NCBI GenBank assembly: GCA_021806135.1
Contig: JAJZYB010000007.1
Coordinates: forward strand, 217 to 64,216
From: Thermoplasmata archaeon
Lineage (GTDB): Archaea > Thermoplasmatota > Thermoplasmata > Lutacidiplasmatales > UBA184
Direction of reading: 5' to 3'
Length of the DNA: 64,000 nucleotides
Shown here: one piece after another, positions 1 to 11,936 of the stretch
Layout of the letters: each line of letters begins with the position of its first letter
Numbering within the stretch: the stretch's first letter is position 1
Notes under the pieces: generated by a model
Databases searched by the model: none
Seen by the model: the letters and a program-made list of their open reading frames with translations, nothing else
Told to the model about the DNA's origin: nothing
Made by a program: the position numbers and the translations under genes

Positions 1-74
1 TCCGTCATACAGGATCTGCGTATTGCGTTGCCCCCCGTCCCGGGCCTGCCCCCGGGACGGCGCCCGGCCCTCCG

Positions 75-2711
75 TTGGGGCCTGGCCCTCGGCCAACCTT
101 TCTCTGCCCGGGGCCAATGCCTCCCCCTGATGACCGAGCGGCAGGGGACCCGATGACGGACCCTGCCCCGGGGGGTTCCGGCAGTTCGCCACCCCCCAAG
201 CCACGAGACGGGCCCGGGGGGGCCGTGGCGGAGCGCTGGCGCTCCCTCTCCTATCCCGAGGCCCTCGCCGCCCTCACGGTGGACCCGGCCCGGGGCCTCT
301 CGGCCGCCGAGGTATCGCGACGCCGGGGGAGCGCGGGCCTCAACGAGGTGGCCGACCGCCCCACCCCCGCCATCCTCCGCCTGCTGAGACAGTTCTGGGG
401 GCCCACGGCCTGGATGCTGGAGGTCACCGCGCTCTTCGCCGGCGCCCTCGGGAACGCGGTGGATGCCGTGGTGATCGCCCTCCTCCTCGTCTTCAACGTC
501 GTCTTGGGATTCACCCAGGATTGGCGGGCGGGCCGCGCCCTCTCCCTCCTGCGGCAACGCCTCGAGGTCCGCGCGAGGGTATTGAGGGACGGGTCGTGGA
601 CGGCGGTCCCCGCCCGGGAGCTCGTCCCCGGCGATCTCTTGAGGCTCCGGGCCGGGGACATGACCCCGGCCGACGTGAAGCTCGGCGTCGGGGAGATGGA
701 GACCGACGAGTCCGCCCTCACCGGCGAATCCGCCCCGGTCGACAAGAGCCCGGGCGCGCTCCTCCTCTCCGGCTCCGTGGTCCGCCGCGGGGAGGGGACC
801 GGGGTGGTCATCCTCACGGGGGCCTCCACCCTCTTCGGCCGGACGGTCTCCCTCGTCCGGAGCGCCCACCCGAAGTTCCACGTCACCGAGGTGACGAACC
901 ACCTGGTCCGCTGGCTCCTGCTCATCGTCGGGGCCTTCCTCTCGGTGGGGTTCGCCGTGGCCGCGCTGGAGCACCTGGCCCTCCTCCCCCTCCTCCCGTT
1001 GATGCTGGTCCTGCTCATCTCCGCGATCCCGGTGGCGCTCCCGGCGATGTTCACCGTCTCCACGGCCCTGGGCTCCCTGGAGCTCGTCCACCGGGGCGTG
1101 CTGGTGACGCGGCTGAACGCCAGCGAGGACGCCTCCAGCATGGACCTCCTGCTCACCGACAAGACCGGCACCCTCACCCAGAACCGCGCGGAGATCGCGG
1201 AGACCCTGCCCGGCCCCGGCCTCACCCGGGAGGACGTGATCCGATGGGGAGCGGTGGCCTCCCAGGAGGCGGACGAGGACCCCATCGACCTGGCCTTCCT
1301 GGAGGAGGGCCGGAAGATCCCCGGGCCTCCCCTACCCCAGGCGGACCGGTTCGTCCCCTTCGACCCGTCCACCCGCCGCACCGAGGCCATCCTGGGGGCG
1401 GGGCCCCAGCGTGTCCAGATCGCCAAAGGCTCGCCCGGGACCCTGGCCCAACTGGCGGCCCTTCCCGGGCCGGAGCGCTCGGCCCTGGAGGAGCGGGTGA
1501 AGGCCCTGGCGGATCGGGGGCTCCGCTCCCTCGCCGTGGCCCGGCGGACCGGCGAGGGGCCCTGGCAGCTGCTCGGGCTGGTGGGGATCCAGGACCCCCC
1601 CCGGCCGGATGCCCGGGCGCTCATCGCGGAGCTGCGGGAGCAGGGGGTGGGGGTCAAGATGCTCACCGGGGACTCCCAGGCGGTGGCCCAGCACGTGGCC
1701 CGGGAGGTGGGGCTGGGCTCCCGGATCCTGGACGGGGAGGATTTCCGGCAGGCGGTCCCGGCCGGTCTGGCCGGGGCCGGCCGACGGGCCGAGGAGGCCG
1801 ACGGGTTCTCCCGGGTCTTTCCGGAGGACAAGTTCACCATCGTGAAGGCGCTCCAGTCCCGCGGCCATCTCGTGGGAATGACCGGGGACGGGGTCAACGA
1901 CGCCCCCGCCCTCGCCCAGGCGGAGGTGGGGATCGCCGTGAGCAGCGCCACCGACGTGGCCAAGGCCTCGGCCAGCGCGGTCCTCACCGCTCCCGGTCTC
2001 GAACCGATGGTACGGATGGTCCAGGTGGGCCGGGAGATCCACCAGCGGGTGGTCACCTGGGTCTTAAGCAAGATCGTGAAGACGTTCCAGATCGCGGTGT
2101 TCGTGGTGGTCGCCTTCCTCCTCCTCGGCCAGTTCGTGGTCAACACGTTCGACGTGGTCCTCCTGCTCCTCACCGTGGACTTCGTCACCCTGGCCCTCGC
2201 CACGGACAGCGTCCGCGGATCGAAGGCCCCCGCCACCTGGGAGATGCCGCCGTTGCTCCGCACGGGGGTGGTGGTCGGGACCCTGGCCCTCGGGGAGTCC
2301 CTCTTCCTGCTCGCCCTGCTGCGCTCCCTGGCCCCCGGGGTGATGGCCTCCCCCACCCTGCTCAACACGGTGGGGTTCGAGATCCTGTTCTACTTCGGGC
2401 TCTTCACCGTGCTCTCGGTCCGCAGCGAAGGCCACTTCTGGGCCCGCCGGCCGGGGCGGGACCTCCTGGTGGCCTGCGGCATCGACCTGGGGGTGCTCAC
2501 GGGGCTGGTGACCGTGGGGATCCCCTACCTCTCCGCCGTGCCGCTCCCGGTGACGCTCCTGGTGCTGGGCCTGGTGGCGGCCTTCGCCTTCGGGGTGAAC
2601 GACGCCGTGAAGACCCGCCTGCTCCGTTCTCGCCGCAGCGCCGGTACGACGCGCGGGGGAACCTACGGTCCTGCGGCCCCTCGTCGAGGGGAGCCCGTGG
2701 GGACCCCGTAG
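75..2711 (+). CDS. P-type cation-transporting ATPase (type III H+/Mg2+-like)
   Basis: DKTGTLT phosphorylation motif, TGDGVNDAPAL hinge motif, multiple TM helices at both ends. True start may be the internal Met at 117 or 153. Confidence 0.9.
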   Translation: MGPGPRPTFLCPGPMPPPDDRAAGDPMTDPAPGGSGSSPPPKPRDGPGGAVAERWRSLSYPEALAALTVDPARGLSAAEVSRRRGSAGLNEVADRPTPAILRLLRQFWGPTAWMLEVTALFAGALGNAVDAVVIALLLVFNVVLGFTQDWRAGRALSLLRQRLEVRARVLRDGSWTAVPARELVPGDLLRLRAGDMTPADVKLGVGEMETDESALTGESAPVDKSPGALLLSGSVVRRGEGTGVVILTGASTLFGRTVSLVRSAHPKFHVTEVTNHLVRWLLLIVGAFLSVGFAVAALEHLALLPLLPLMLVLLISAIPVALPAMFTVSTALGSLELVHRGVLVTRLNASEDASSMDLLLTDKTGTLTQNRAEIAETLPGPGLTREDVIRWGAVASQEADEDPIDLAFLEEGRKIPGPPLPQADRFVPFDPSTRRTEAILGAGPQRVQIAKGSPGTLAQLAALPGPERSALEERVKALADRGLRSLAVARRTGEGPWQLLGLVGIQDPPRPDARALIAELREQGVGVKMLTGDSQAVAQHVAREVGLGSRILDGEDFRQAVPAGLAGAGRRAEEADGFSRVFPEDKFTIVKALQSRGHLVGMTGDGVNDAPALAQAEVGIAVSSATDVAKASASAVLTAPGLEPMVRMVQVGREIHQRVVTWVLSKIVKTFQIAVFVVVAFLLLGQFVVNTFDVVLLLLTVDFVTLALATDSVRGSKAPATWEMPPLLRTGVVVGTLALGESLFLLALLRSLAPGVMASPTLLNTVGFEILFYFGLFTVLSVRSEGHFWARRPGRDLLVACGIDLGVLTGLVTVGIPYLSAVPLPVTLLVLGLVAAFAFGVNDAVKTRLLRSRRSAGTTRGGTYGPAAPRRGEPVGTP

Positions 2712-3892
2712 GGGAGCGAAGGGCCCGGGCGCTCTTCCCCGGAGTCCCGGACGCCGAACGAGGGGAGGAGCGCGCTGGGGTCCGGAAGCTCCGTGGGCGG
2801 CAGATACTGCTCGAGCGGGGCTCCCCGGATCCGGATCACCCGCCGGGCGACCTGGGCGCAGTAGCCGCAGTCCGAGCATCGGGTCCGGTCGCAGTCGGTG
2901 GCCAGGACCCGCTTGAGGAATCCCGGGGGGAACGCCCGGTTGTCCAGTTCCATCTCCCCCAGGGCCTCGAAGGCGGCGGAGAGCGGTCCCACCACCTCGG
3001 GCACGTCCCCCCGGACCCGGAGCCGCCGGAGGGCGCCCCGGGGGCCCCGGTTCTGCACGTAGCTCAGCACGTCCAGAAGGTTGCCCGGATAGCGGCGGGC
3101 GCTGTAGGCCCGCGCGGCCCGGAGGAGCCACTCCGTGGGGTGGTTCCTCCCGGAGATCTTGAACCGGTGGACCCCGAGCTCCTCCAGGGCGGAGAGGTCC
3201 TCGGGGCGGACGAAGATCCCCGAGACGAGCTTCACCGGGTCCTTCACCACCTCGAGGCCGCACTGGAGGAGGGGGTACTCGAACCAGGGCGCGTCGGTCC
3301 CCTCCTGGGAGGCGAGGGAGCTCGTGCTCAGGTGGTGGAACCGGAACGGACAATCGTGGATGCAGGTCTGGTTCACCAGCACCTCCACGCGGGCCCCCAG
3401 GTCCACGAGGCCGCGCAGCAGCCCCCGGTTCCGGTTCGCTTCCTCGAGCACGAGGGTGTCGGCGCCCCGCTGTAGGAAGTATTCCCCCTGGGCGACGGTG
3501 CGGATGCGGGCGAAGGTGGAGACGCTGAGCCGGAGGTCCGGGTACTCCCGGTGGATCCGGTCCAACAGGAGCGGAACGGCGACGACGAACCCATCGACCC
3601 CCCAGTCGACGAGCCGTCCGACCTCCCGGGAGAACTGATCGAGGAAGGATGGGCGGTACTCCTTCAGGCCGGTGTCGGCGCTGTTCACCGTGGCATAGAA
3701 CCGACGGCCGGAGGCGTGGACCTCGGCCAGGTGCCTCCGGAACCCTTCCTCCGTCACGTTGGGAAGGATGTTGGGGGGCCGTCCGCCCCCCACCAGGCTG
3801 GTGGGGAAGTTCCCGAAGAGGGATTCCACGGGGAGCCCACTCAACCCGGGGATGAGCTCAGGGTCGAAGTTGGAGGCGAGGACCAGCTCCAT
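2663..3892 (-). CDS. peptidase U32 family protein
   Basis: N-terminal MELVLASNFD...LVDWGVDGFVVAV pattern typical of U32 collagenase-like proteins; C-terminal Cys cluster. The 3' end overlaps the convergent ATPase by about 50 nt. Confidence 0.65.
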   Translation of the reverse strand: MELVLASNFDPELIPGLSGLPVESLFGNFPTSLVGGGRPPNILPNVTEEGFRRHLAEVHASGRRFYATVNSADTGLKEYRPSFLDQFSREVGRLVDWGVDGFVVAVPLLLDRIHREYPDLRLSVSTFARIRTVAQGEYFLQRGADTLVLEEANRNRGLLRGLVDLGARVEVLVNQTCIHDCPFRFHHLSTSSLASQEGTDAPWFEYPLLQCGLEVVKDPVKLVSGIFVRPEDLSALEELGVHRFKISGRNHPTEWLLRAARAYSARRYPGNLLDVLSYVQNRGPRGALRRLRVRGDVPEVVGPLSAAFEALGEMELDNRAFPPGFLKRVLATDCDRTRCSDCGYCAQVARRVIRIRGAPLEQYLPPTELPDPSALLPSFGVRDSGEERPGPSLPYGVPTGSPRRGAAGP

Positions 3893-3978
3893 GTCTCCCC
3901 GAACCGTGCGGCCGCTTACGCTTTGGACCGCACCGGTAAGGGTCGGAATCCATCCGTCCGGAGGCCTCCCCTTAGCCC

Positions 3979-4452
3979 ATGGTAGACGGATCCCTCCCGC
4001 CGGCCGATCTGGAGAGCTTCCGACGAGCGCTGGAGCGTCTCGACCGGGAGATGCTCACCCTCTACTCCCGCCGGCGCCAACTGGTCCGCGACCTCTGGGA
4101 GCACAAGCGGGGCCGGGGGCTTCCCCTGCGGGACCGGGGGCAGGAGCAACGGGTCCTGGAACGTGCCCGCAAGGCCGCGGGGTCCGAAGGGATCCCCCCG
4201 GCGGAGGCGGAGGCGCTCATGCGTTGGCTCCTCCTGGCCTGCCGCCGCGCGGCCCGCTCCCCGCCCCGTTGGGTCGGCAAGGCCCGGGAAGGCCCGAGGG
4301 ACCGGGGATCCCTGTCGCGGGGGGGCCCTCTTTCCCGACGCGACCCTGTCCGGCTCATGGAAGGTTCATACGCACAATTTGCGTCCGATGGACATGCGGG
4401 ACCCGGGCCGGGGAGGAAGGTGGGAGCGAGGCCCCGTGGAACCGGCCCTTGA
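3979..4452 (+). CDS. chorismate mutase (AroQ class)
   Basis: LESFRRALERLDREMLTLYSRRRQLVRDLWEHKRGRGLPLRDRGQEQRVLERARK matches the AroQ helical chorismate mutase domain. The ORF carries a low-complexity 3' extension beyond the roughly 100-aa domain. Confidence 0.6.
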   Translation: MVDGSLPPADLESFRRALERLDREMLTLYSRRRQLVRDLWEHKRGRGLPLRDRGQEQRVLERARKAAGSEGIPPAEAEALMRWLLLACRRAARSPPRWVGKAREGPRDRGSLSRGGPLSRRDPVRLMEGSYAQFASDGHAGPGPGRKVGARPRGTGP

Positions 4453-5149
4453 GCCCCGGGAAGCTCTCGTTGGGGTCGCCCTGTCGGTGCCGCCTGTCAC
4501 CCACTGGCTGCGTCGCCTCACCGAGTGGCCTGGCCTGAGCTCGCGCCTGTTGGCCTGCCAACCGCTGCCGCCGTCTGGCACCCGGGCCGTCCATCTGCTC
4601 GAGCTCGCGGGCCCCGAGCAGGAGATCCGTGCCGCGGTCTCCTCTGTCGCTCATTCTCCGTCCCGCACCGTGGCGCTCTCGCCCGATGCCCGCGACCGGG
4701 TCCTGCTCCGGGTCGTCTCCCGGACCGGGAGTTCCTGTCGTGCCCTCTTCCGGTCCGGAGGGATCTGCCGGACCTGCCGGTTCCGGACCCCCCGGGGACC
4801 GGACGGCCGGGTCCGCTGGGAGATCCTGACCACCCGTCCTCCCCGCCCGCTCCCGGAGATGGAGCAGCGCGCCTGGTCACGGGGCGGAGCGGGGGCCCTC
4901 CGATCCCTGCGCAATCCGCCTCCCTATTCCCAACTGACTGGCCGGCAGGAGGAGGCCCTCCGCTGCGCGGACCGACTCGGGTACTTCTCGGTCCCCAGAC
5001 GGGTCGGCCTCGGAGCGGTGGCCGGGGCCTTGGGGATCAGCCGCTCCTCCGCCGCCGAACTGCTCCGTCGAGGGGTCGCCGTGATGATCCGGTCCCTGGA
5101 CGGCCCCCGGCTCTCGACCGCCCCGGCCCCTCCGGGAGCCCGGGGATAG
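4388..5149 (+). CDS. Bat-like HTH_10 family transcriptional regulator
   Basis: C-terminal LTGRQEEALRCADRLGYFSVPRRVGLGAVAGALGISRSSAAELLRRG matches the HTH_10 (bacterio-opsin activator-type) domain. Start chosen at the in-frame ATG 4388 inside the longer ORF 4163..5149. Confidence 0.6.
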   Translation: MDMRDPGRGGRWERGPVEPALEPREALVGVALSVPPVTHWLRRLTEWPGLSSRLLACQPLPPSGTRAVHLLELAGPEQEIRAAVSSVAHSPSRTVALSPDARDRVLLRVVSRTGSSCRALFRSGGICRTCRFRTPRGPDGRVRWEILTTRPPRPLPEMEQRAWSRGGAGALRSLRNPPPYSQLTGRQEEALRCADRLGYFSVPRRVGLGAVAGALGISRSSAAELLRRGVAVMIRSLDGPRLSTAPAPPGARG

Positions 5150-5206
5150 GACACGCCGCCCGGGGGCCGGGGCGGGAGGGACCCGTCCCGGCCGGTGGGA
5201 ATTGGT

Positions 5207-5788
5207 TCAGGTCAGGAGCCCCCGGAGCACTCGGTTCCGCCAGCCGTCCCCGGAGAACCGCTCGCGCAGGTTCCAGGCCTTCGCCAGTCCGTACGCGTAA
5301 GGCGCGAAGGCCAGGAAGACGAACACGAGCGCCAGCATGAGGTCCCCGCCCAGATCGGTGTAACCGGCAGTGCTCCAAGACGCCCCGATGGCGCTGGGGT
5401 AACCGCCGAAGCCCCCGAAGGCCCAGATGAACCCCATCACGAGGGCGCTCCAGATCGCCGCGGGCCGCTGGAAGAGGCCCAGGATGAGGAAGAGCCCTCC
5501 GAAGGTCTCACCGAGCCCTATCAGGGTCCCGAAGAGGACCCAGTTCGTGGTGAGCCACGCCGGCGTATAGAACTCCCCGGCGACCACCCCCTGCATCTGC
5601 CCCGTGGCGAACAACACCCACTTGAGGGTCCCGTCGAAAAGGAAGATCGCCCCGAACACGATCCGCATCGCCGATAGGGTCCTTACCGGCCAGGCCGTGT
5701 CCGTCTCCGAGACCGATGGGACCCGAAAGACCGTCTTCGTCTCCGGGACAGCCTCTGCGGTCCTCACTCCGACATCCACTGTTGCCAT
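5207..5788 (-). CDS. DoxX family membrane protein
   Basis: About 4 TM helices with a DoxX-like pattern (LRIVFGAIFLFDGTLKW...). Start at the internal Met (CAT at 5786-5788) of ORF 5207..5914. Confidence 0.55.
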   Translation of the reverse strand: MATVDVGVRTAEAVPETKTVFRVPSVSETDTAWPVRTLSAMRIVFGAIFLFDGTLKWVLFATGQMQGVVAGEFYTPAWLTTNWVLFGTLIGLGETFGGLFLILGLFQRPAAIWSALVMGFIWAFGGFGGYPSAIGASWSTAGYTDLGGDLMLALVFVFLAFAPYAYGLAKAWNLRERFSGDGWRNRVLRGLLT

Positions 5789-5940
5789 GTTTCCTACCTT
5801 GGTCCCTCTGGACCCAGGCCGGAGATGGGGAGGATGCGCCTTGTGCGTACCCTCCGGACCGTAAGGAGAGTCCGGAGACGCTCGGGTGAGCCTCGCCCGA
5901 CCCTCATCAATCATTTAGTCCGGGAGGTCGTGGGGACCCT

Positions 5941-7062
5941 ATGGTCCGGGAGGGTGGCGGGGCGGAGGGCACCCAAGCAGACCGCGGCACCACCCGACGT
6001 GTGCAGCGGACGGGGAGTTCGTCCCTTGCCGTGACCCTGCCGAAGTCCTGGACCGAGGCCATGAACGTCCGGGCCGGGACCCCTCTGCGGTTCACCGACC
6101 TGGGGGGAGGCCGCTTAGAGATCGCCATCGGGTCCACGAACGTGGGGGGTCAGGAGCACCCCCAGCCCCTGCGGATCGAGGCCACCGACCTCCCTCCCCA
6201 GTTGCTCTCGCGTCTCCTCGTCGGGTCCTATGTGGTGGGACAAGACCACGTGCACATCACGGCCCGGGGAGGTCTCGGCGGGCCGCAGCGGCAGGAGATC
6301 CGTGCGCTGGCCGCGCGGATGCTGGGGATGAACATCGTGGGGGAGTCGCCCGAGGGGGTCGAGGTCCAGAACTTCGTGGATCCCACCCGTTACCCCTTGC
6401 CCCGTCTCCTCGACCAGATGCTGCGCCTTCTCGGGATGGAGCTCCGCTCGTGCCGGCAGATGCTGTCCACCCGCGATCGGGCGGCGCCGGCCGAGTTCCC
6501 GGGTCGGGAGGAGGAGATCGACCGGCTGTATCTCCTCATGGTCCGGCAGCTCCTCATCGCCTCCGATGACTTTCGCGTGGCCCGGGAGATCGGCGTGGAG
6601 AGCCATCATTACCAGATCGGCTACCGCGTGGTGGTGAAGATGCTGGAGGAGGTGGGAGACCTTCTGGCGTGGATCGGGCCGGAGCTCCAAGGCTCGCTCG
6701 ACCGCCTTCAGGACCTCCCCCAGGGCCCGCTGGGGAATATCGACAGCCAGTTCCAGAAGCTGGAGACGCGCCTCGAGGCCACCATGGAGGCATTCACCCG
6801 CCTTTCGGTGACCCAGGCCAACGCCACCCTCAACGCCATCGAGGAGGACCTCGCGGCTGACCCCGCGCTCCTCAAGTCCATCACCGGTCGGATCCGGGAC
6901 GTCCCCACCGCGAACTCTGTCCAACGGATCGGTTCGGGTCTCGCCCAGGCCCTGCAGATGCTGGCGGTGGTGAACGAGATCACCATCAACCGCGCGGTGG
7001 AGCCCGAGACCGTGGCCCGGTCACAGGGACGAGTGGTCCTCGACACGAGCCGGAAGGCCTGA
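5941..7062 (+). CDS. AbrB/SpoVT-domain plus PhoU-domain regulator (archaeal phosphate uptake regulator homolog), copy 1
   Basis: N-terminal swapped-hairpin AbrB-like motif SSLAVTLPKSWTEAMNVRAGTPLRF followed by tandem PhoU-like helical repeats. Paralog of 34713..35765. Confidence 0.75.
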   Translation: MVREGGGAEGTQADRGTTRRVQRTGSSSLAVTLPKSWTEAMNVRAGTPLRFTDLGGGRLEIAIGSTNVGGQEHPQPLRIEATDLPPQLLSRLLVGSYVVGQDHVHITARGGLGGPQRQEIRALAARMLGMNIVGESPEGVEVQNFVDPTRYPLPRLLDQMLRLLGMELRSCRQMLSTRDRAAPAEFPGREEEIDRLYLLMVRQLLIASDDFRVAREIGVESHHYQIGYRVVVKMLEEVGDLLAWIGPELQGSLDRLQDLPQGPLGNIDSQFQKLETRLEATMEAFTRLSVTQANATLNAIEEDLAADPALLKSITGRIRDVPTANSVQRIGSGLAQALQMLAVVNEITINRAVEPETVARSQGRVVLDTSRKA

Positions 7063-7127
7063 GAGGGCGTCCCCGGGCGGAGAGGGGATCCTGCGACCGC
7101 TGGGCATACCGCCCCTCTTGTTCCCGG

Positions 7128-7280
7128 CTGACCGGTCCGCAAGAGGAGGCGTTCCGCTGTGCGGACCGGCTCGGACATTTTCCGGTCCCCGACAGGCTAG
7201 CGTCCGATCGGTGTTCGGTGCCCCGGGGATTGGCCTCTTCTGCGTCGTCGAACCGCTCGGTCGGGAGGGCGGCGTGATGC
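7128..7280 (+). pseudogene. Decayed fragment of an HTH_10 regulator gene (duplicate of the 3' end of 4388..5149)
   Basis: Translates to LTGPQEEAFRCADRLGHFPVPDRL and, after a frameshift, to ...GAPGIGLFCVVEPLGREGGVM. Compare the intact LTGRQEEALRCADRLGYFSVPRRVGLGAVAGALGIS...ELLRRGVAVM. There is also nucleotide similarity to 4890-5090. Confidence 0.5.
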
Positions 7281-7620
7281 TCCAGGTCACGCATAAGCCC
7301 GGCCTTTCCGGCGCCCCGACGTCCCGCAGGGTTCTCTGGAATGGGCGGGCCATCGCTCCGGGCCCTTCCTGCCCGCCGGTCAGGTCCACCATGAGGAAAC
7401 TTCGCATGGGTCCGAGGGTCGGTCCGTTCAAGGGGTCGGGGTACGCCCCCGACCGGTGGTCACTGCCCCGGCCCTCTCGGCCACGGACGCCTGCGCTTGG
7501 CAGGCGCTCCCGGCCGGGAGCCACGTTCAGGGCGGTTGACTTGGGAGCCAAATACCCGGTCGCGGCGTTCGCCGGTCGCGGAGGCTCACCGAGCCCCGTG
7601 AAGCAAAGGGGGAAACAACG

Positions 7621-8262
7621 ATGACGTTCATCGACAACCTGGGCATCGAGCTCGACGTGCTCATCCTCGTGACCGTGGCCGTCTTCTATACGGGGATCTG
7701 GGTCTGGTGGGGCCTCCGCAAGCAGGACCCCAAGGAAGCGAATGCCAGCCTGCGGGGAGGCGGGGCCGTCCTGGGGCTCCTCGGGGGGTTCCTTCTGCTC
7801 CTGGGGCTCTGGGGGGAGTTCACCTGGCCGCTCCCCGCCTCCTACAACATGCTCTTCTACGATCCCACGGTCCTCGCCGGGATCATCCTGGTGGGGTTCG
7901 CCGTATCCCTCTGGTTCAAGATCCCCTCCCACCTGATCGGGATCATCGCCTTCGTCTCTGGCTGGGGCGTCATCTACTACGGCGCCCGGGCCTATCTTCT
8001 GGGCCTCACCAACGAGCCGTTGGACACGTTCGCCATGTACTTGGCCTTCGGAGCCCTGGCGGTGCTCTCCATGCCCGTCACGCTCTTCGTGGACTGGTAT
8101 GTGACCCGGTCCCAGACGCTGGGAGCCTCTGCCGCTCCCTCCTACCCGAAGATGTGGAACTATGTCCTGGGTCTCTTCCTCCTGTTCGCCGTCCTCGCGG
8201 GGGCCGCGTCCATCTTGATGGGGTTCAACACGGTCTGGAGCCATCTGGCCAAAGCTCCTTAA
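7621..8262 (+). CDS. integral membrane protein (DUF981-like, archaeal)
   Basis: Six predicted TM helices; purine-rich GGGGGAAA stretch 6-13 nt upstream of the ATG. Confidence 0.55.
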   Translation: MTFIDNLGIELDVLILVTVAVFYTGIWVWWGLRKQDPKEANASLRGGGAVLGLLGGFLLLLGLWGEFTWPLPASYNMLFYDPTVLAGIILVGFAVSLWFKIPSHLIGIIAFVSGWGVIYYGARAYLLGLTNEPLDTFAMYLAFGALAVLSMPVTLFVDWYVTRSQTLGASAAPSYPKMWNYVLGLFLLFAVLAGAASILMGFNTVWSHLAKAP

Positions 8263-8398
8263 CGGTGGGCCCGCCGGGGACCTCTCCCCGGACCCCGGGG
8301 TGGTCGCCGGGGACCGCTGTGCGCCCGTCCCTGGGCGAGACGGCGGCCCCCGGCCCCGGGAGGCAAAGGATAAGCGCGGTGGGACACCGGCCCGGGGC

Positions 8399-9280
8399 AT
8401 GGTCCCACTCTCGCTGGAACAGGCGGACCAAGCCCACCGGAACCTGGTGGAGGCCACCTGGGAGTTCATCCGCCGGTTCCCTCGCGCCCATCGCGAAGCG
8501 TGGCCAGAGGCCACCGCTTTCCGCTCCGGCGTCCCTGTTCCCGACGCGAACCAGTTGATCCTGCCGGCTCCCCCCGGTGACGTAAAGGCCCTGGTCGGGC
8601 GGGCCCGAAGGTTCTTCCCTTCGGGTTACCCGTTCGAGATCCTCTCCCCAGCGCCGGGGGAGAGGGACCCGTTCGCCGGGTTCCCTTCGGCGGGGTCCGG
8701 TCCTGCCTTACGGCTGCCCGGGATGTGGATGGACCTCCCCCTGTCCTTTCCATCCCCTCCCGCCGGGCTCTCCGTCCGCACCGTGGCGGACCGAGAGGGT
8801 CTCTCAGACTTTCGGAGGGTGATGGGCTCCGTCTACCACATCCCTGCGGGGTTCCTGCGGATCGTCTTCCCGGGATCCGCGCTCCGGGGGGACGGGTCGG
8901 CCGCCCGGGTGCGCCTGATCCTGGGGTACGCCGGCCCACGGCCGGTCGCGGGCTCCGTCCTGGTGGCCACGGACGGGATCGCCGGGGTCTATTGGGTGGC
9001 CACGGACCTCCGTCAACGTCGCCGGGGCTACGGGGAGGCCGTCACTTGGGCGGCGCTCGCCGCGGGAGAGGAGCTCGGGGCCCGGGCGGGGTTCCTGCAG
9101 GCGAGCCCCCTCGGCCGCCCCGTGTACGAGCGCATGGGGTTCCGGACGGTGCTCGAGTACCAGCCCTGGCAGCCGCTCCGTCCGCGGCTCGACCGCATGA
9201 GGACGGGCCTGCGGTTGCTGGGGAGCGTCCTGGCCAGTTCGTTACGGCGAGCCCCGGTCCCATCTTCGACCGGCCCGTAA
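8399..9280 (+). CDS. GNAT family N-acetyltransferase
   Basis: C-terminal acetyl-CoA binding motif RRRGYGEAVTWAALAAGEELGARAGFLQASPLGRPVYERMGF. Start at ATG 8399 within ORF 8300..9280. Confidence 0.7.
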   Translation: MVPLSLEQADQAHRNLVEATWEFIRRFPRAHREAWPEATAFRSGVPVPDANQLILPAPPGDVKALVGRARRFFPSGYPFEILSPAPGERDPFAGFPSAGSGPALRLPGMWMDLPLSFPSPPAGLSVRTVADREGLSDFRRVMGSVYHIPAGFLRIVFPGSALRGDGSAARVRLILGYAGPRPVAGSVLVATDGIAGVYWVATDLRQRRRGYGEAVTWAALAAGEELGARAGFLQASPLGRPVYERMGFRTVLEYQPWQPLRPRLDRMRTGLRLLGSVLASSLRRAPVPSSTGP

Positions 9281-9671
9281 CCGGTCCGTGGTCTCTTCGA
9301 GCTTCTTCCTCCGCTGGCCTCGCTTCCCCTCTGACCTGACGGGGTACGCTCTTGGGACGGCGAAGCACTTCTCCGGTTCGGTATTCCCTGCACACAGGCA
9401 CGAGCACTCAGGGGTGTATGCTGCAGGTACTGGGTAGGTGCCTGACTCTACAACGCTCTACTCGAGGAACCGCTCGCTCTCAGGAAGTTCGGGTGTCGTA
9501 GAACTCGAACGAGGCGGAGGCCCGGGTGGACGTGACCCGTCGGAAGGCCGGGCCGGGACGGAGGACCGAACGGGACGGGTTGGTTCTGGGACGCCCGCTG
9601 ACCGTCCGGAGGGTGTGGACGAAGCGGGGGCCTCGGTTCTGGGACATGGGGGTGGAGGAGCCCGGTGCGGC

Positions 9672-11936
<2,265 letters not shown>

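Noticed and set aside
521-3475. 984-aa ORF on the plus strand and the 705-aa minus-strand ORF 251..2368 overlapping the P-type ATPase
   Set aside because: Pro/Gly/Arg-rich translations with no motifs. They are typical alternative-frame artefacts of a 70% GC gene. The ATPase frame carries all the family motifs.
7118-7624. 168-aa ORF in the gap between AbrB-PhoU copy 1 and the DUF981 gene
   Set aside because: Composition-driven ORF. The only meaningful signal inside it is the decayed HTH_10 fragment (7128-7280), which is frameshifted relative to this ORF.
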